Positions 9,748-20,068 of a stretch of 64,000 nt of DNA are shown one piece after another. The notes beneath the pieces are model-generated. The model ran no database searches and was not told the DNA's origin. It was given only the letters and a program-made list of their open reading frames with translations. The first letter of the stretch is position 1. The number at the start of each line of letters is the position of its first letter. Source of the DNA: a virus; the IMG/VR virus record IMGVR_UViG_3300045988_082633; one strand, written 5' to 3'. The translations under genes were made by a program, and so were the position numbers.

Positions 9748-10121
9748 GATTTGAAAAATTTAAGATATATTATTGTTAACATTGTTACTATTGTTATACA
9801 TACAAATAATATAAAGTAGTTTGCATCATTAAGTGGTATTCCAATATAAAAATCATAAATGTTTAAAACATCAATAAGAATACTGTAATGTAGAAACATT
9901 CTGTAATAACTACAAAGTTGAAAAGTATAACTAGCAACATAAAGATATATAATTGGTAGTAATGATATACCACCAATATAATTTAATGGAATATCATTAC
10001 TACCTAAGAAACTTAGAAAAGAATTTATACAATGAACAATAGCTATAAGAATTGGTATGACTTTTGTTATAAGTATAAATTTTCTAACAGTATTTCTATT
10101 CAAACTTTCCGCCATTTTCAA
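9744..10121 (-). CDS. polytopic small membrane protein
   Basis: 125 aa with about 4 hydrophobic segments. 4-nt overlap with the HTH gene. Confidence 0.5.
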   Translation of the reverse strand: MKMAESLNRNTVRKFILITKVIPILIAIVHCINSFLSFLGSNDIPLNYIGGISLLPIIYLYVASYTFQLCSYYRMFLHYSILIDVLNIYDFYIGIPLNDANYFILFVCITIVTMLTIIYLKFFKS

Positions 10122-10251
10122 AACTTCTACGACCAGATTTTGTAAAACCAGCTTTAGGAATCATAGGATTAGCTCTATTAGAAGATCTAGTAGGATTACT
10201 TTTGGAATTTGTTATACGAGGAGTAACAATTCTTTTTCTAGTATGTGCCAT
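10096..10251 (-). CDS. very small basic protein (51 aa), below the ORF-track cutoff
   Basis: My own translation: MAHTRKRIVTPRITNSKSNPTRSSNRANPMIPKAGFTKSGRRSFENGGKFE. It fills the gap between 10255..10800 and 9744..10121. Confidence 0.3.
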   Translation of the reverse strand: MAHTRKRIVTPRITNSKSNPTRSSNRANPMIPKAGFTKSGRRSFENGGKFE

Positions 10252-10254
10252 AAT

Positions 10255-10800
10255 TTATTCTATTTGAATGTTAAGTATATCAGGATATTCTTTTGTTATA
10301 TCATAAGTAAGACAATCTTCTATTGATTCAAGTTGTTTTATTTCTGCATAATGTTTTTGAGTATTGTCATAACACTTTTTAGCATACATTTCTACAGCAG
10401 TAAGAAGAGCAAGTGCTTTATCTATACTAACCTTTATAGACATAGTGTTAAACCAAAGAGTTGTAACATCTATTCCTTTACTTTTTTCAAGGTTAATAGT
10501 GTTAAATAGTACAGCACGAGTTAGTTTATCAAGCCAAACCTTCTTATTATTAAGAATAAAACAATTAACTTCTGCACTACTATCATATTCTTTTTGCAAA
10601 GATAATAAATGATTTTTAATATCAAACAATGTAGGCTTATTCTTAACAATTATTGATACTATTCTTGTATCGCTGTTATCTTGTTCACTTTTTTCTATAT
10701 TTTTTGAATTAGGTGATAACCTAAGAATATGTTTATCATTTGTAGGATTGATACATTCTAATCCTACAAGTTCATTTTTTTTAATATTTATCCAACGCAT
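10255..10800 (-). CDS. hypothetical protein
   Basis: 181-aa ORF co-directional with the tail genes. No motif recognised. Confidence 0.55.
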   Translation of the reverse strand: MRWINIKKNELVGLECINPTNDKHILRLSPNSKNIEKSEQDNSDTRIVSIIVKNKPTLFDIKNHLLSLQKEYDSSAEVNCFILNNKKVWLDKLTRAVLFNTINLEKSKGIDVTTLWFNTMSIKVSIDKALALLTAVEMYAKKCYDNTQKHYAEIKQLESIEDCLTYDITKEYPDILNIQIE

Positions 10801-10839
10801 ATAATTATATAGTTTAATTTTACTTTCATTATTTATATT

Positions 10840-13095
10840 TTATAATTCTTCTGTAGCATCATCTATAATATAAACAGTATATTCAGACCCGTTATACATC
10901 AAACGAACACCTGATACACCACCAGGATACATAGCGTCACGAGAATCAATATGGCTAATTCCATTATTAGAATAATTACAATAACCACCTCTATATATTT
11001 TATGGTTTGCATAATTAAAGAATGCACTATCGGTAAAACCAGTATCAGCATTAACACCATTATCATAAGCTTTAGGTATTATATCTGCATGATCACCAAA
11101 TATCATTTTTTTTATATATCCCATACGAGCATTTGTTATGCTCGTATCTATAATTCTTAAAGCATTTATATCTTTATCTGTATAACATACAAAGGTATTA
11201 TTCCAGATAGGATAATCTTTAACAAATTCATCTTTAGACTTATAAATGACATCTTTTCCTGTAGACTTAGTGATAAGACAACTACCATTACTGTCAATAT
11301 AATCTGCTACAAAGTTATTTGCGCTAGGATTACCACTATTTCTTGAAGCAAACATAATATACACATCAGAAAGAGCTTCATCTATATCATCCCAACAACT
11401 TTCAAGACCCCAAAAATTAACAGTTTTTATATCAGGACCAATACCTGCTTTAATTTGTTCTTCGCTAGGATTTAAAGCTCCAGTTCCATTGCTATTGTCA
11501 GTATCGGTCATATTAAGTTCATCAGTGCTTCCTGTAATTTTTGGATAATATGTGTTGCCAATTTTATTAATTGTACCATAACCACATATTTGTTGACTTC
11601 CTAAAGAGCTATAATAACCATAAAATAAAAAAACAAATAATTTTGCCATAGCATAAGTACAATAATTAAAATTATTACCTCGAGCTTTAACCATAGTAAT
11701 AATATTCTGTAGTTGTATATTAGCTATCGCACGTTTACCTGAAAGACTATAACATTTATTATTTATTTGACAAGCAGGATAAACACCAATAAGGTTATAT
11801 TGGCTCCATTTACACCATTTACTAGAATCTTCATTTGATGGAAGTTCTTTTGCAATAGTTACAGCAACATAATCTGGATCTGGTTCTGTTTGTCCTTTTG
11901 GAATCCAAGCTTCAGTTTTATAATAAATATCACTGCCAAATTTTAAAAATACATCAAATTCTCCATTTTCATTAGAAATATAACTTGCAGCACTAGTTCC
12001 ATCTGCAAAAATTTTACGATTAGTATCAGAAAGTTGTTTAAGTCTAACGCCTTTATTGTTTATATACTTGCTAACATAAGCATGTGTATTTTTACGAAGC
12101 CAAGTTAAAGTATTAATATTAGGATCTCCAGAAAAACCATTATTAGAAATAACAGATAAACTTCCATCTGAATTTAGAATATAGTTTTCAGATACCATAT
12201 CGCTAGGATCGCTAAGACCTAAATTATATCGTTGATCTATAATGAAAACTACAGGACGCAAACCATAAACATTAAATGTAGTACTATTTGATTTAGTTAC
12301 AGTATTATTGCAAGCATGTAATGTAAGTATAAGATTAGCAGTACCTTGTTTTTTAGTAAGAATTGTAGTTCCTTGAGTAGATGTGTTTATATCAAGAATA
12401 TCAGGTGTAGTTGTAGTGTAAGTGTACTTAGCTCCTTTAAGTTTAGTTGAATCCACAGGAATTGGTTTTACAGAAACTTCTACTTGAGAATTAATAGGTA
12501 TATCTGATTTAGTAGATATAGAAATATCTTCTATCTTTTTAGCTATAACAGTTAAAACAACATCTGGTTTACTACTTGTTGGAATATTATTAAATTCTTC
12601 TTCTGAATAATAACTAGGATATGCAGTTAAAGTTAGTTGTACACTCCAAGAAGCATTTTCTTTTGGATCATCAACTACAAGATAACCATTCTTTACTCGT
12701 ATTCTATCTTTAATATTTTGTTCTGAAATATCACCATCTATAACAAAATTAGAAAAATCATATTTCCATTTAAGAAAACTATGATTAATACCAGTATCTG
12801 TATCAATAGAAATAGGTTCATTAGTACCTTCTTTAATTGTGTTTGTAGCAAGAGCGATATTAAAAACATCATCAAGTTCTTTGTCACAAATTATATTTAA
12901 ATCTTTAAATTGGGATTCAAGTGCATATTTAAGAAACTTCTGCATTTTACGACTAGACGTAGTAATATATCCGCTAACTTTACTTTCTATATTTTTATTT
13001 TGCCCAATCGCAATAAGTTTTTTAATTTGGTCGTTTGTAAGAATAATAGGACTACTTTTAGTCCCATTATTCCAAGTATATTTGTTTAGTTTCAT
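10840..13095 (-). CDS. tail fibre / receptor-binding-type protein with an Ig-like (Big_2-like) segment
   Basis: 751 aa. The segment ISISTKSDIPINSQVEVSVKPIPVDSTKLKGAKYTYTTTTPDILDINTSTQGTTILTKKQGTANLILTL resembles bacterial Ig-like group 2 domains (from recall). Directly downstream of the 1515-aa tail protein. Confidence 0.55.
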   Translation of the reverse strand: MKLNKYTWNNGTKSSPIILTNDQIKKLIAIGQNKNIESKVSGYITTSSRKMQKFLKYALESQFKDLNIICDKELDDVFNIALATNTIKEGTNEPISIDTDTGINHSFLKWKYDFSNFVIDGDISEQNIKDRIRVKNGYLVVDDPKENASWSVQLTLTAYPSYYSEEEFNNIPTSSKPDVVLTVIAKKIEDISISTKSDIPINSQVEVSVKPIPVDSTKLKGAKYTYTTTTPDILDINTSTQGTTILTKKQGTANLILTLHACNNTVTKSNSTTFNVYGLRPVVFIIDQRYNLGLSDPSDMVSENYILNSDGSLSVISNNGFSGDPNINTLTWLRKNTHAYVSKYINNKGVRLKQLSDTNRKIFADGTSAASYISNENGEFDVFLKFGSDIYYKTEAWIPKGQTEPDPDYVAVTIAKELPSNEDSSKWCKWSQYNLIGVYPACQINNKCYSLSGKRAIANIQLQNIITMVKARGNNFNYCTYAMAKLFVFLFYGYYSSLGSQQICGYGTINKIGNTYYPKITGSTDELNMTDTDNSNGTGALNPSEEQIKAGIGPDIKTVNFWGLESCWDDIDEALSDVYIMFASRNSGNPSANNFVADYIDSNGSCLITKSTGKDVIYKSKDEFVKDYPIWNNTFVCYTDKDINALRIIDTSITNARMGYIKKMIFGDHADIIPKAYDNGVNADTGFTDSAFFNYANHKIYRGGYCNYSNNGISHIDSRDAMYPGGVSGVRLMYNGSEYTVYIIDDATEEL

Positions 13096-13097
13096 AT

Positions 13098-16000
13098 TTA
13101 TGAATTTATAAGATTATATATTTTATCAATTCCAAAGGTTGCTGCTCCATAATTATTAGAACCAGTTATAGAAATTTCTCTAACTTCATCCATACTTTGA
13201 GCATTTATTTCTTTAATATTTGGTTTATTAGTAAGAGTAATCTTTGTAAGATTTGCAGGAAGATTTACAATTTTAAGATTATCTGTAGATGGTAAAATAA
13301 ACTCTTCAATTTTATTGTCATTACGAGCTTCAAGTACTTCAAGTACAGGAAATACTGTAAGATCAATAGTACCATTAAGATTAGTTAATCCTGCAATGTT
13401 AAGTTTTTTACAACAGCCAAATACAAGTCCTTTAGTATTAAGATCTACAAGATTTGGATTATTATAATCATATTTATTTCCGTTTGCATCTTCTACTTGT
13501 TCATATCTTCCAATATTAATTTCTTCAAGATTTACAAGAGTTCCCCAACCAGTATAAATAGAACTTATATACCAATGTGAAAGGTCATTAATAGTCTTAA
13601 TATTTTTACAGCCTCTAATACCAATACGAAAATCTCCACCACTTTCATTTACAATATTATCAGCATTTGTTTTAAGCGTTACTTTCTGACTAACTCTATT
13701 AACTATAATATTTCCTTCAACTACATCATTTACTTCAATAAAAGCTTTATCATGAAGCGTGTTACCTATAGTAAGATAAGAGTATGTTCTTTCATAAGCA
13801 GTAAGCTCAATAGCCCATCGTTTTGTACCATTAGGACCTGTATGCCAATATTTATTTCCTGCATCAGGTATATTAGCAAAACCACTAACATTAAATTGAA
13901 CATTATCTGTAGTAAAGTCACTAGACGCTCCACCAAATACGTAATTCTCTCCACCTTTAAAATAACAACGATTTTTTACAAACCATTCATTATGTTCTTT
14001 AGCAGAACCATGAGCTTTCTGATAATCTGAACTAATACTTGTATATGAATATTCAGAGTTAGCATTATATATCATTGCATTGTATAAGTCAACTTGATTA
14101 TCGTGCATATATTTTAGCATACCTTCAGAAGTTAAAATACCACCAGCAAATAAATGGTTGTAAATAGTTTTTATTTCTTCTGAAAATACTTCAAATATAA
14201 GTGCCCAAAAATCAGGTCCTCTACCTTCATGTTTACCATCATAAAGTCCATCAGTATAAAGAACATTATAAAGGAATTTAAAGAAGTTATCATTATCACA
14301 ACCAAGACCAGAGTCAAAATCATAACCAAGAAGTCTAAGAAGTTTTTGACGTTTACCATAATAATCAGTTATAATATCTTGCTCCCCCGTAAAGAAGGAG
14401 AAAAATTGATTTTTAGTATCTTGGTCACATAGTAGATGATTATCCATGATAACAGCATTAAATAAAATTTGATTAAGAACAACATAATATTTAAGTTCTT
14501 GATAAAATTTACTTTTTCTATTTGCAAGATTATCAACTACTTCTGCTCCATTGATTGAAAGTTTATTGTTATAATTTGAATCGTGTTGACCATTAAGTGC
14601 TTGATCTCCTATGTTATAAGGAGAACAATTATATGTAAAATCAAACAATCTTTGAATTGGACCAGTAGTTTCAAGTCCTATATTAGAAGCATCTCTATTT
14701 GCAGGAATTATATCACCACATACTGCATCTATATCTGGATATCTATATTCAAGATGTGACAATCCGGCACTACCATCACCTTTCCAAACACCTCCATTAC
14801 TAATATCATAAGTATGAAAATTACAAATAGGAGAAGCATTATCTCGCCATTCAACAGAGAAAGTTTCATCTTTTTCATCATCATGCCATGTTCTAGTACC
14901 ATCAGGATTAACAGTCCAATAACCTCCAAAACCAAATACTTTCATATTAGTTTTATCTGTAATAAGGTCGAATTGTCCAGAAAAAGCAGTAATAGCAGCA
15001 TTAGATGTTGGATCACGAAGAATACTTTGACTATCTGTACGTTTCATTTCAAATGCTATAGATGGAACACCGTCAACACATTGACGAGTTTTAACCATAG
15101 CTATTTGTTCAGTACGAGTTAAATTAGGAAAATTTTCAATAACAGAAGCAAGTTCTTTACGTTGTGGTGGAGTTAAACAATCTTCATAAACATAAACACC
15201 TTGAACTTGAACAGATGCTAAATATCTAGCACCATCTTCATACATTTTAGCTGTAGGTAAATTTCTAGCTTGAGTAGATTCATTAGGATTCTTTTTCATT
15301 GTAAGAAGATAACAAGGTAAAGAATCTTTATCAGGAATAAAAAATACATTAGCATTTTTACCATATTCTGTATATTCAGCTGAAAAGGTTTGAGAAAGAT
15401 CATCAAACCAATGAAGTTTAATAGTTCCTCTAACATCCCAACGAACATTACCTTTAGTAGAGTCTTTAGTAGACGTTCCTTGACGTCTTGCTCTAAGAGA
15501 ACCAGGAGTGGCACCTTCAAGCCAATATGTATTTTTGGAATCTATAATACCTTTACCTTGTTCATTTACAGTAAATGAGAATTTATACCAATCCTGTCTA
15601 TCTGTAGTATTAGTAGCTTTAGTAGAACCTTGATATCCACCTTCAGGAATATTATTTCCAACAAGACTTACATTATTGCAAAAATCTGTTGCAACAACTA
15701 CAGAAAAAGGTACAGGTCCTCTTTTTTGTTCTGCAAGATATTTACCATAAGCAATAGCTTGTTTTAGAGTTATAACAGGTTGACCTGTTCCATCAAGTTC
15801 ATAAAAATTATTCTTGTTATACAAAGCAGACATTTCTCCAGCATCGTCTAAGTCCATTGTACGAGTCTGAAGAATATCAAAAGCATTTGTATAAGAATCA
15901 TAATATCTAAAATCAAACAAGTCAAGTGCAGCTCCATCTCCACCAAATACTATTTCTGTACGATTTGCTAAAAGTTGACTAAGAGTCTGATTAGGAATAA

Positions 16001-17645
16001 TACCAAAACCTGCAATTTCACCATTTATATAATATCTGGCTTCATGTTTTGTTGCAGCACCATCTTGATAATATGGTTGAACTGTAATAGTTAAATCAAT
16101 TCTAGTATTAGCACTAAACCTACGAGAATTATGACTAGTAGCACTTTGTATTTCATCTGGACGACTAAGAAGATTAGCACCTACTCCAATATAAATACTG
16201 TCCCCTGTTACATAAAATCCAACACCATCTGAATCAGAATAGCAGTCTATAATTCTTTTATTAGCATCACTAACACCTGTCACTCTAAATGACATTTTAA
16301 TAGTAAAACCAGTTGAAAGAATACCACCACCTACACTATTTGCGACAAATTGAGTTGCATTATAAAAAGGATAGAAATTTTTAATTCTAGCACGAGCAGT
16401 TCCAACAAGATGAAGATGATTTTCATCTCTCCAACCTGTATTATTATCAAATTGAACATTATTAAATTCTACTTGATAACCATTGTTAGTCCATATATTT
16501 TTATCTGCGTCATTGTTTGTTCTATTTTGTGCTGTAAGATAAATTACAGGATTTTCTTTAGCAACCCATGTAATATTACTAGCAGTTGCTTCAAAAATAA
16601 TATCTACAGAATTTCTAATACGAGGTTCTCCTTGTGGATTTGTAGAAATACTTCCATCTTCATCTAAAAAAGGAACGCCAATTTGAATTTGATTAGAAGT
16701 ACTAGGAACAAGATATTTCCAAGTGTTACGAGAACGATTGGAAATACTACGCTCACCTTTTTTAACATATTTACGAGTAGTAGAATCCCATTCACGAAGA
16801 AGAACAATTAAATTATCTGTATCAGAAAGAGCAGGATCAAATGCAGAAAATACAATATTATAATAATCTTTTTCTACTGCACCTTTAATCTCTTCATAAG
16901 TAATATAGACATCATCTGCTTGTGCTCCAACAGTTGTAAAAATACTAGTTGTCAAAGTTTCTGATTTAGTTTCACCATCTTCAAGAAGCAAATATGCTTT
17001 GACAATATGAGCACCAGCAGTCAAAGCAGGAACTGTTACAGTTGCTGCACCGGCAGTGTTAAGAGTATTAGTTACAGTTTGAGAACTATTTTCATCAACA
17101 CTACCTGTTGCTCCAAAGAATTGAACAATAAGTTGAGCACTAGAACCTGTAAATTGTGCTTGAAATTTAAGAACACGAGGATCTACAGTGTTAATTTGGT
17201 TATCAGTACTAAGTGTTGCAGACTGACGAGTATATTTAATACGTTTAACAGCCGAAGACAAGCCGTCACTTGTATAAGCTCTAATCTTTATAGTAATAAC
17301 ATCATTACCAATTTGAGCTAAATAAGGAGCTAAATTCGGAGTTTCGAGTTCATCATCTGCACTATTTGACTTAACATCTGTTAAAGTAATAACACTATTA
17401 CCGATAGTTATTTCTACAGTAAAATCAGGATTATAAGTTCCATCAACAGTACTATTAACTTTATAAAAGAAAGTAACTTTTTCAGCTGTAGCAACAAAAG
17501 TTCTATTAAGAGAACCTACAATACTAACTGCAATTTGACTATAATTACCTCCTTGTAGCATAGCTATAGTACTCTTTAAAGCACTCTCTACTTCAGCATG
17601 AGAATGACCTTCCCAAGAATCAAAAATATTTTCTATTTCAGCCAT
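13098..17645 (-). CDS. very large tail protein with a LamG/ConA-like segment and C-terminal leucine-rich repeats
   Basis: 1515 aa. FTIKMSFRVTGVSDANKRIIDCYSDSDGVGFYVTGDSIYIGVG...RYYINGEIAGF looks LamG-like. The C-terminus has LxxLxLxxN-type repeats (LNIAGLTNLNGTIDLTVFPVLEVLEARNDNKIEEFILPSTDNLKIVNLPANLTKITLTNKPNIKEI). Confidence 0.6.
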   Translation of the reverse strand: MAEIENIFDSWEGHSHAEVESALKSTIAMLQGGNYSQIAVSIVGSLNRTFVATAEKVTFFYKVNSTVDGTYNPDFTVEITIGNSVITLTDVKSNSADDELETPNLAPYLAQIGNDVITIKIRAYTSDGLSSAVKRIKYTRQSATLSTDNQINTVDPRVLKFQAQFTGSSAQLIVQFFGATGSVDENSSQTVTNTLNTAGAATVTVPALTAGAHIVKAYLLLEDGETKSETLTTSIFTTVGAQADDVYITYEEIKGAVEKDYYNIVFSAFDPALSDTDNLIVLLREWDSTTRKYVKKGERSISNRSRNTWKYLVPSTSNQIQIGVPFLDEDGSISTNPQGEPRIRNSVDIIFEATASNITWVAKENPVIYLTAQNRTNNDADKNIWTNNGYQVEFNNVQFDNNTGWRDENHLHLVGTARARIKNFYPFYNATQFVANSVGGGILSTGFTIKMSFRVTGVSDANKRIIDCYSDSDGVGFYVTGDSIYIGVGANLLSRPDEIQSATSHNSRRFSANTRIDLTITVQPYYQDGAATKHEARYYINGEIAGFGIIPNQTLSQLLANRTEIVFGGDGAALDLFDFRYYDSYTNAFDILQTRTMDLDDAGEMSALYNKNNFYELDGTGQPVITLKQAIAYGKYLAEQKRGPVPFSVVVATDFCNNVSLVGNNIPEGGYQGSTKATNTTDRQDWYKFSFTVNEQGKGIIDSKNTYWLEGATPGSLRARRQGTSTKDSTKGNVRWDVRGTIKLHWFDDLSQTFSAEYTEYGKNANVFFIPDKDSLPCYLLTMKKNPNESTQARNLPTAKMYEDGARYLASVQVQGVYVYEDCLTPPQRKELASVIENFPNLTRTEQIAMVKTRQCVDGVPSIAFEMKRTDSQSILRDPTSNAAITAFSGQFDLITDKTNMKVFGFGGYWTVNPDGTRTWHDDEKDETFSVEWRDNASPICNFHTYDISNGGVWKGDGSAGLSHLEYRYPDIDAVCGDIIPANRDASNIGLETTGPIQRLFDFTYNCSPYNIGDQALNGQHDSNYNNKLSINGAEVVDNLANRKSKFYQELKYYVVLNQILFNAVIMDNHLLCDQDTKNQFFSFFTGEQDIITDYYGKRQKLLRLLGYDFDSGLGCDNDNFFKFLYNVLYTDGLYDGKHEGRGPDFWALIFEVFSEEIKTIYNHLFAGGILTSEGMLKYMHDNQVDLYNAMIYNANSEYSYTSISSDYQKAHGSAKEHNEWFVKNRCYFKGGENYVFGGASSDFTTDNVQFNVSGFANIPDAGNKYWHTGPNGTKRWAIELTAYERTYSYLTIGNTLHDKAFIEVNDVVEGNIIVNRVSQKVTLKTNADNIVNESGGDFRIGIRGCKNIKTINDLSHWYISSIYTGWGTLVNLEEINIGRYEQVEDANGNKYDYNNPNLVDLNTKGLVFGCCKKLNIAGLTNLNGTIDLTVFPVLEVLEARNDNKIEEFILPSTDNLKIVNLPANLTKITLTNKPNIKEINAQSMDEVREISITGSNNYGAATFGIDKIYNLINS
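14384..14398 (+). repeat. GC-rich interspersed motif, variant copy 3 (CCCCCGTAAAGAAGG)
   Basis: Plus strand reads GCTCCCCCGTAAAGAAGGAG, with one extra A relative to the core. Inside the 1515-aa gene, antisense; the gene reads TTT ACG GGG GAG = F-T-G-E. Confidence 0.6.
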
Positions 17646-17656
17646 AACTTAAATAT

Positions 17657-17815
17657 TTAGTATTTCCATTTTTCTTTACTTTTCCAAACTTGTTTTCCTT
17701 TCCATATACGAAGAGCAGCTTCCCATACAAGAACACTACCTTTATATATAGCAGTTACTACTTTTTTACCAATGTAAACAGCAGTAATTTCTTTATCTTT
17801 TATGTATATAGCCAT
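17657..17815 (-). CDS. small protein (52 aa), below the ORF-track cutoff
   Basis: My own translation: MAIYIKDKEITAVYIGKKVVTAIYKGSVLVWEAALRIWKGKQVWKSKEKWKY. It fills the gap between 17819..18391 and 13098..17645. Confidence 0.35.
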   Translation of the reverse strand: MAIYIKDKEITAVYIGKKVVTAIYKGSVLVWEAALRIWKGKQVWKSKEKWKY

Positions 17816-17818
17816 ACG

Positions 17819-18391
17819 TTATTCAAAATCATCATCTGGTTCTGTATCAGTTTGTTTTTCGAAAACAAAATAAATTTTATTATCTTCTAACGCACTATTG
17901 TCTTTAGCTACTTCATAATCATCTTCTGTCATTTCTGCAAAAGCATATCCATTAAGATTTGTTTCAAGTATAGTAAGACGTTTTGTACAATCTACAATAG
18001 CACCAGCAAGTTTTAAAGCTTCTTGTTGATCTTTAGAAAGAAGTTCAATAGCATCAAGAGCTTGTTTAGAAAGAACTACTGCATCTTTTACAGTATCATT
18101 AAATTCATATTGTTTATTCCAAAGTTCTGTAAGAAATTTTTGGGTCATTGACCTAAAACTATCTGTACCAAAATTTTCAGTAAGTGGTATTCTATTTGTA
18201 CCAATACTTAATGGTTGCCAATATTTATCATTAAAAATATCTATACCTACAGGAACAGGACGTCTTGATATATAACTATTACCTGTTTTACTATCAAAGA
18301 CACATGATAATCTATCATAGGCTTTAGTATTATCAAATGCTCCTTCAAATGTAGGTGCAACTTTACCTAAATTTTCAATCACTGATTTCAT
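17819..18391 (-). CDS. hypothetical virion protein
   Basis: 190-aa ORF in the head/neck-to-tail part of the block, with a 17-nt overlap with the upstream ORF. Confidence 0.6.
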   Translation of the reverse strand: MKSVIENLGKVAPTFEGAFDNTKAYDRLSCVFDSKTGNSYISRRPVPVGIDIFNDKYWQPLSIGTNRIPLTENFGTDSFRSMTQKFLTELWNKQYEFNDTVKDAVVLSKQALDAIELLSKDQQEALKLAGAIVDCTKRLTILETNLNGYAFAEMTEDDYEVAKDNSALEDNKIYFVFEKQTDTEPDDDFE

Positions 18392-19139
18392 AATGTAAAT
18401 CTTTAGTTACAACATCAACTTCTCCTTTATAATGTACTACTACCATAAAGTTATGAGTAGTATTTATTTCTATATTAGTACAAGTTAGAAATGATGTTAC
18501 TTGTTCACCGTCAAAATAATAATCAATAGTTACAGCTGTAGGTTTTAAAACACGTCCATCATAATAAAATTTAATATCTGCACATGCGGTTGCAATACCA
18601 TCAACAATATCATAACGAGGTTCCATTTCTACATAAAGTCCTTTATCTTTAACTTCTTCTGTATCTATAGGAGTGTTATGTGTAGGATCTGTGTCTTCAG
18701 AACCAAGATGAAAATGTTCATCAAATCCATTGTTAAACTTATGTTCAAGAAGTTCACCATCTTCTGGATTTATTTCAAATTTAGGTCTTTCTCCACAACT
18801 AACAATAGCTTTTAAATGACCAGTTTCATCTACAGGGAAGACAAAACTAGTAGAATTATCTTTATTCTTATAAAGTTGATTTAATTTAGCCTTAATATAT
18901 TTAATAAGTAAAGCTGCAAGTTTGTCATTTCCAAGTTTTCTTGCTGCTACTGCACTATTAAACATATTAAAACATTCAATAACTCCACTATTTTTATCAC
19001 TACAACTAGCTTTACAATCTTGTAACATTTCCATACCATAGTCAGCTAGTAAACTAAGTATTCTATGATAAACACAAATATAATCAGCAGGAACTGTTAC
19101 ATAAACATATTCAAGATCTATTTGTTTAAAATTACTCAT
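18375..19139 (-). CDS. hypothetical virion protein
   Basis: 254-aa ORF with a 4-nt overlap with 19136..19369. Confidence 0.6.
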   Translation of the reverse strand: MSNFKQIDLEYVYVTVPADYICVYHRILSLLADYGMEMLQDCKASCSDKNSGVIECFNMFNSAVAARKLGNDKLAALLIKYIKAKLNQLYKNKDNSTSFVFPVDETGHLKAIVSCGERPKFEINPEDGELLEHKFNNGFDEHFHLGSEDTDPTHNTPIDTEEVKDKGLYVEMEPRYDIVDGIATACADIKFYYDGRVLKPTAVTIDYYFDGEQVTSFLTCTNIEINTTHNFMVVVHYKGEVDVVTKDLHYEISD

Positions 19140-19369
19140 GATGTATAAATTTTATTATAAAGAACTTCAATAGCCTTTTGTTGTTCACTACTAAAAACAT
19201 CTATGTTTTCAAAAGCATGAAGCAGTATGCTACTCCATTCTTGCTTAATTCTTTTATTTTTATTAACAATATAACCTTGAGCAGACAAGGCTACAGTAGT
19301 ATGAGAAATACTTATAGCTTTCTGCTCAAGGTTACTTATTGCAATAGTTTTTATAGCTTCATCATACAT
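19136..19369 (-). CDS. hypothetical small protein
   Basis: 77-aa ORF tightly packed between neighbours. Confidence 0.5.
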   Translation of the reverse strand: MYDEAIKTIAISNLEQKAISISHTTVALSAQGYIVNKNKRIKQEWSSILLHAFENIDVFSSEQQKAIEVLYNKIYTS

Positions 19370-19381
19370 AAGAACGTCTTA

Positions 19382-20005
19382 TTAATGATTAAGAATTTTA
19401 TTTTTAATATAAATTGAATACTCTTCAGAAATAAGATTAAGTTTGAGATTTAACTGTCTTATTCTATCAAGAGCTGTACCGCCATTATATATAATAGCAA
19501 TACATTCATCAGTTATGTCGTCTATCCATTGTTCTTTTATTTTTGTAGCAACATTAACAGAATCATGTTCGTATGCTGAAAATGTAGAATAAATAGTATA
19601 ATAACCGGTACTAACAGTTTTATAAATATTTTGTGTTACATTATCTCTATTAGTTTCAATATTGTTATGTATAATTGTATCAATACATTGGTCTAATATA
19701 ACAGATTTAAAACTTAGAAAAGAAGTTGTAACAACATTGCTTATTCTATCACATTCTTTTTGTTCAGTATCTTGAATAGTTTTATCTAAAACTTGATTAA
19801 GTTTAACTACATTTTCACTAATTTCTTTTATTGCAGACGCCATTTGAAGCAATGGCTTATTTTTGTCTTTAGACTTATAAAGATCTACAAGTTTGATAAT
19901 TAAAGTGTATAATATAAAAACACTACTTGAAATCAAAATTGTAATATAAGATGAATTTTTAACGGCATCACTAACTATATCATTTACTGTTTGTAATTCA
20001 TCCAC
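19382..20005 (-). CDS. hypothetical protein with an N-terminal transmembrane segment
   Basis: 207 aa. Hydrophobic segment YITILISSSVFILYTLIIKLV near the N-terminus. First gene after hairpin 20021-20057. Confidence 0.55.
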   Translation of the reverse strand: MDELQTVNDIVSDAVKNSSYITILISSSVFILYTLIIKLVDLYKSKDKNKPLLQMASAIKEISENVVKLNQVLDKTIQDTEQKECDRISNVVTTSFLSFKSVILDQCIDTIIHNNIETNRDNVTQNIYKTVSTGYYTIYSTFSAYEHDSVNVATKIKEQWIDDITDECIAIIYNGGTALDRIRQLNLKLNLISEEYSIYIKNKILNH

Positions 20006-20020
20006 AATTTTTAGATGTTT

Positions 20021-20057
20021 AAGTGTACCCTGTCTATTTATAAAACAAGGTACACTT
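20021..20057 (-). terminator. hairpin downstream of 20069..20935 (terminator-like, no clear T-tract)
   Basis: AAGTGTACCCTG / CAAGGTACACTT stem (one mismatch) with a 13-nt loop. On the minus strand it is followed by AAACATCTAAAAATTG. Confidence 0.4.
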
Positions 20058-20068
20058 AATTTAATACT

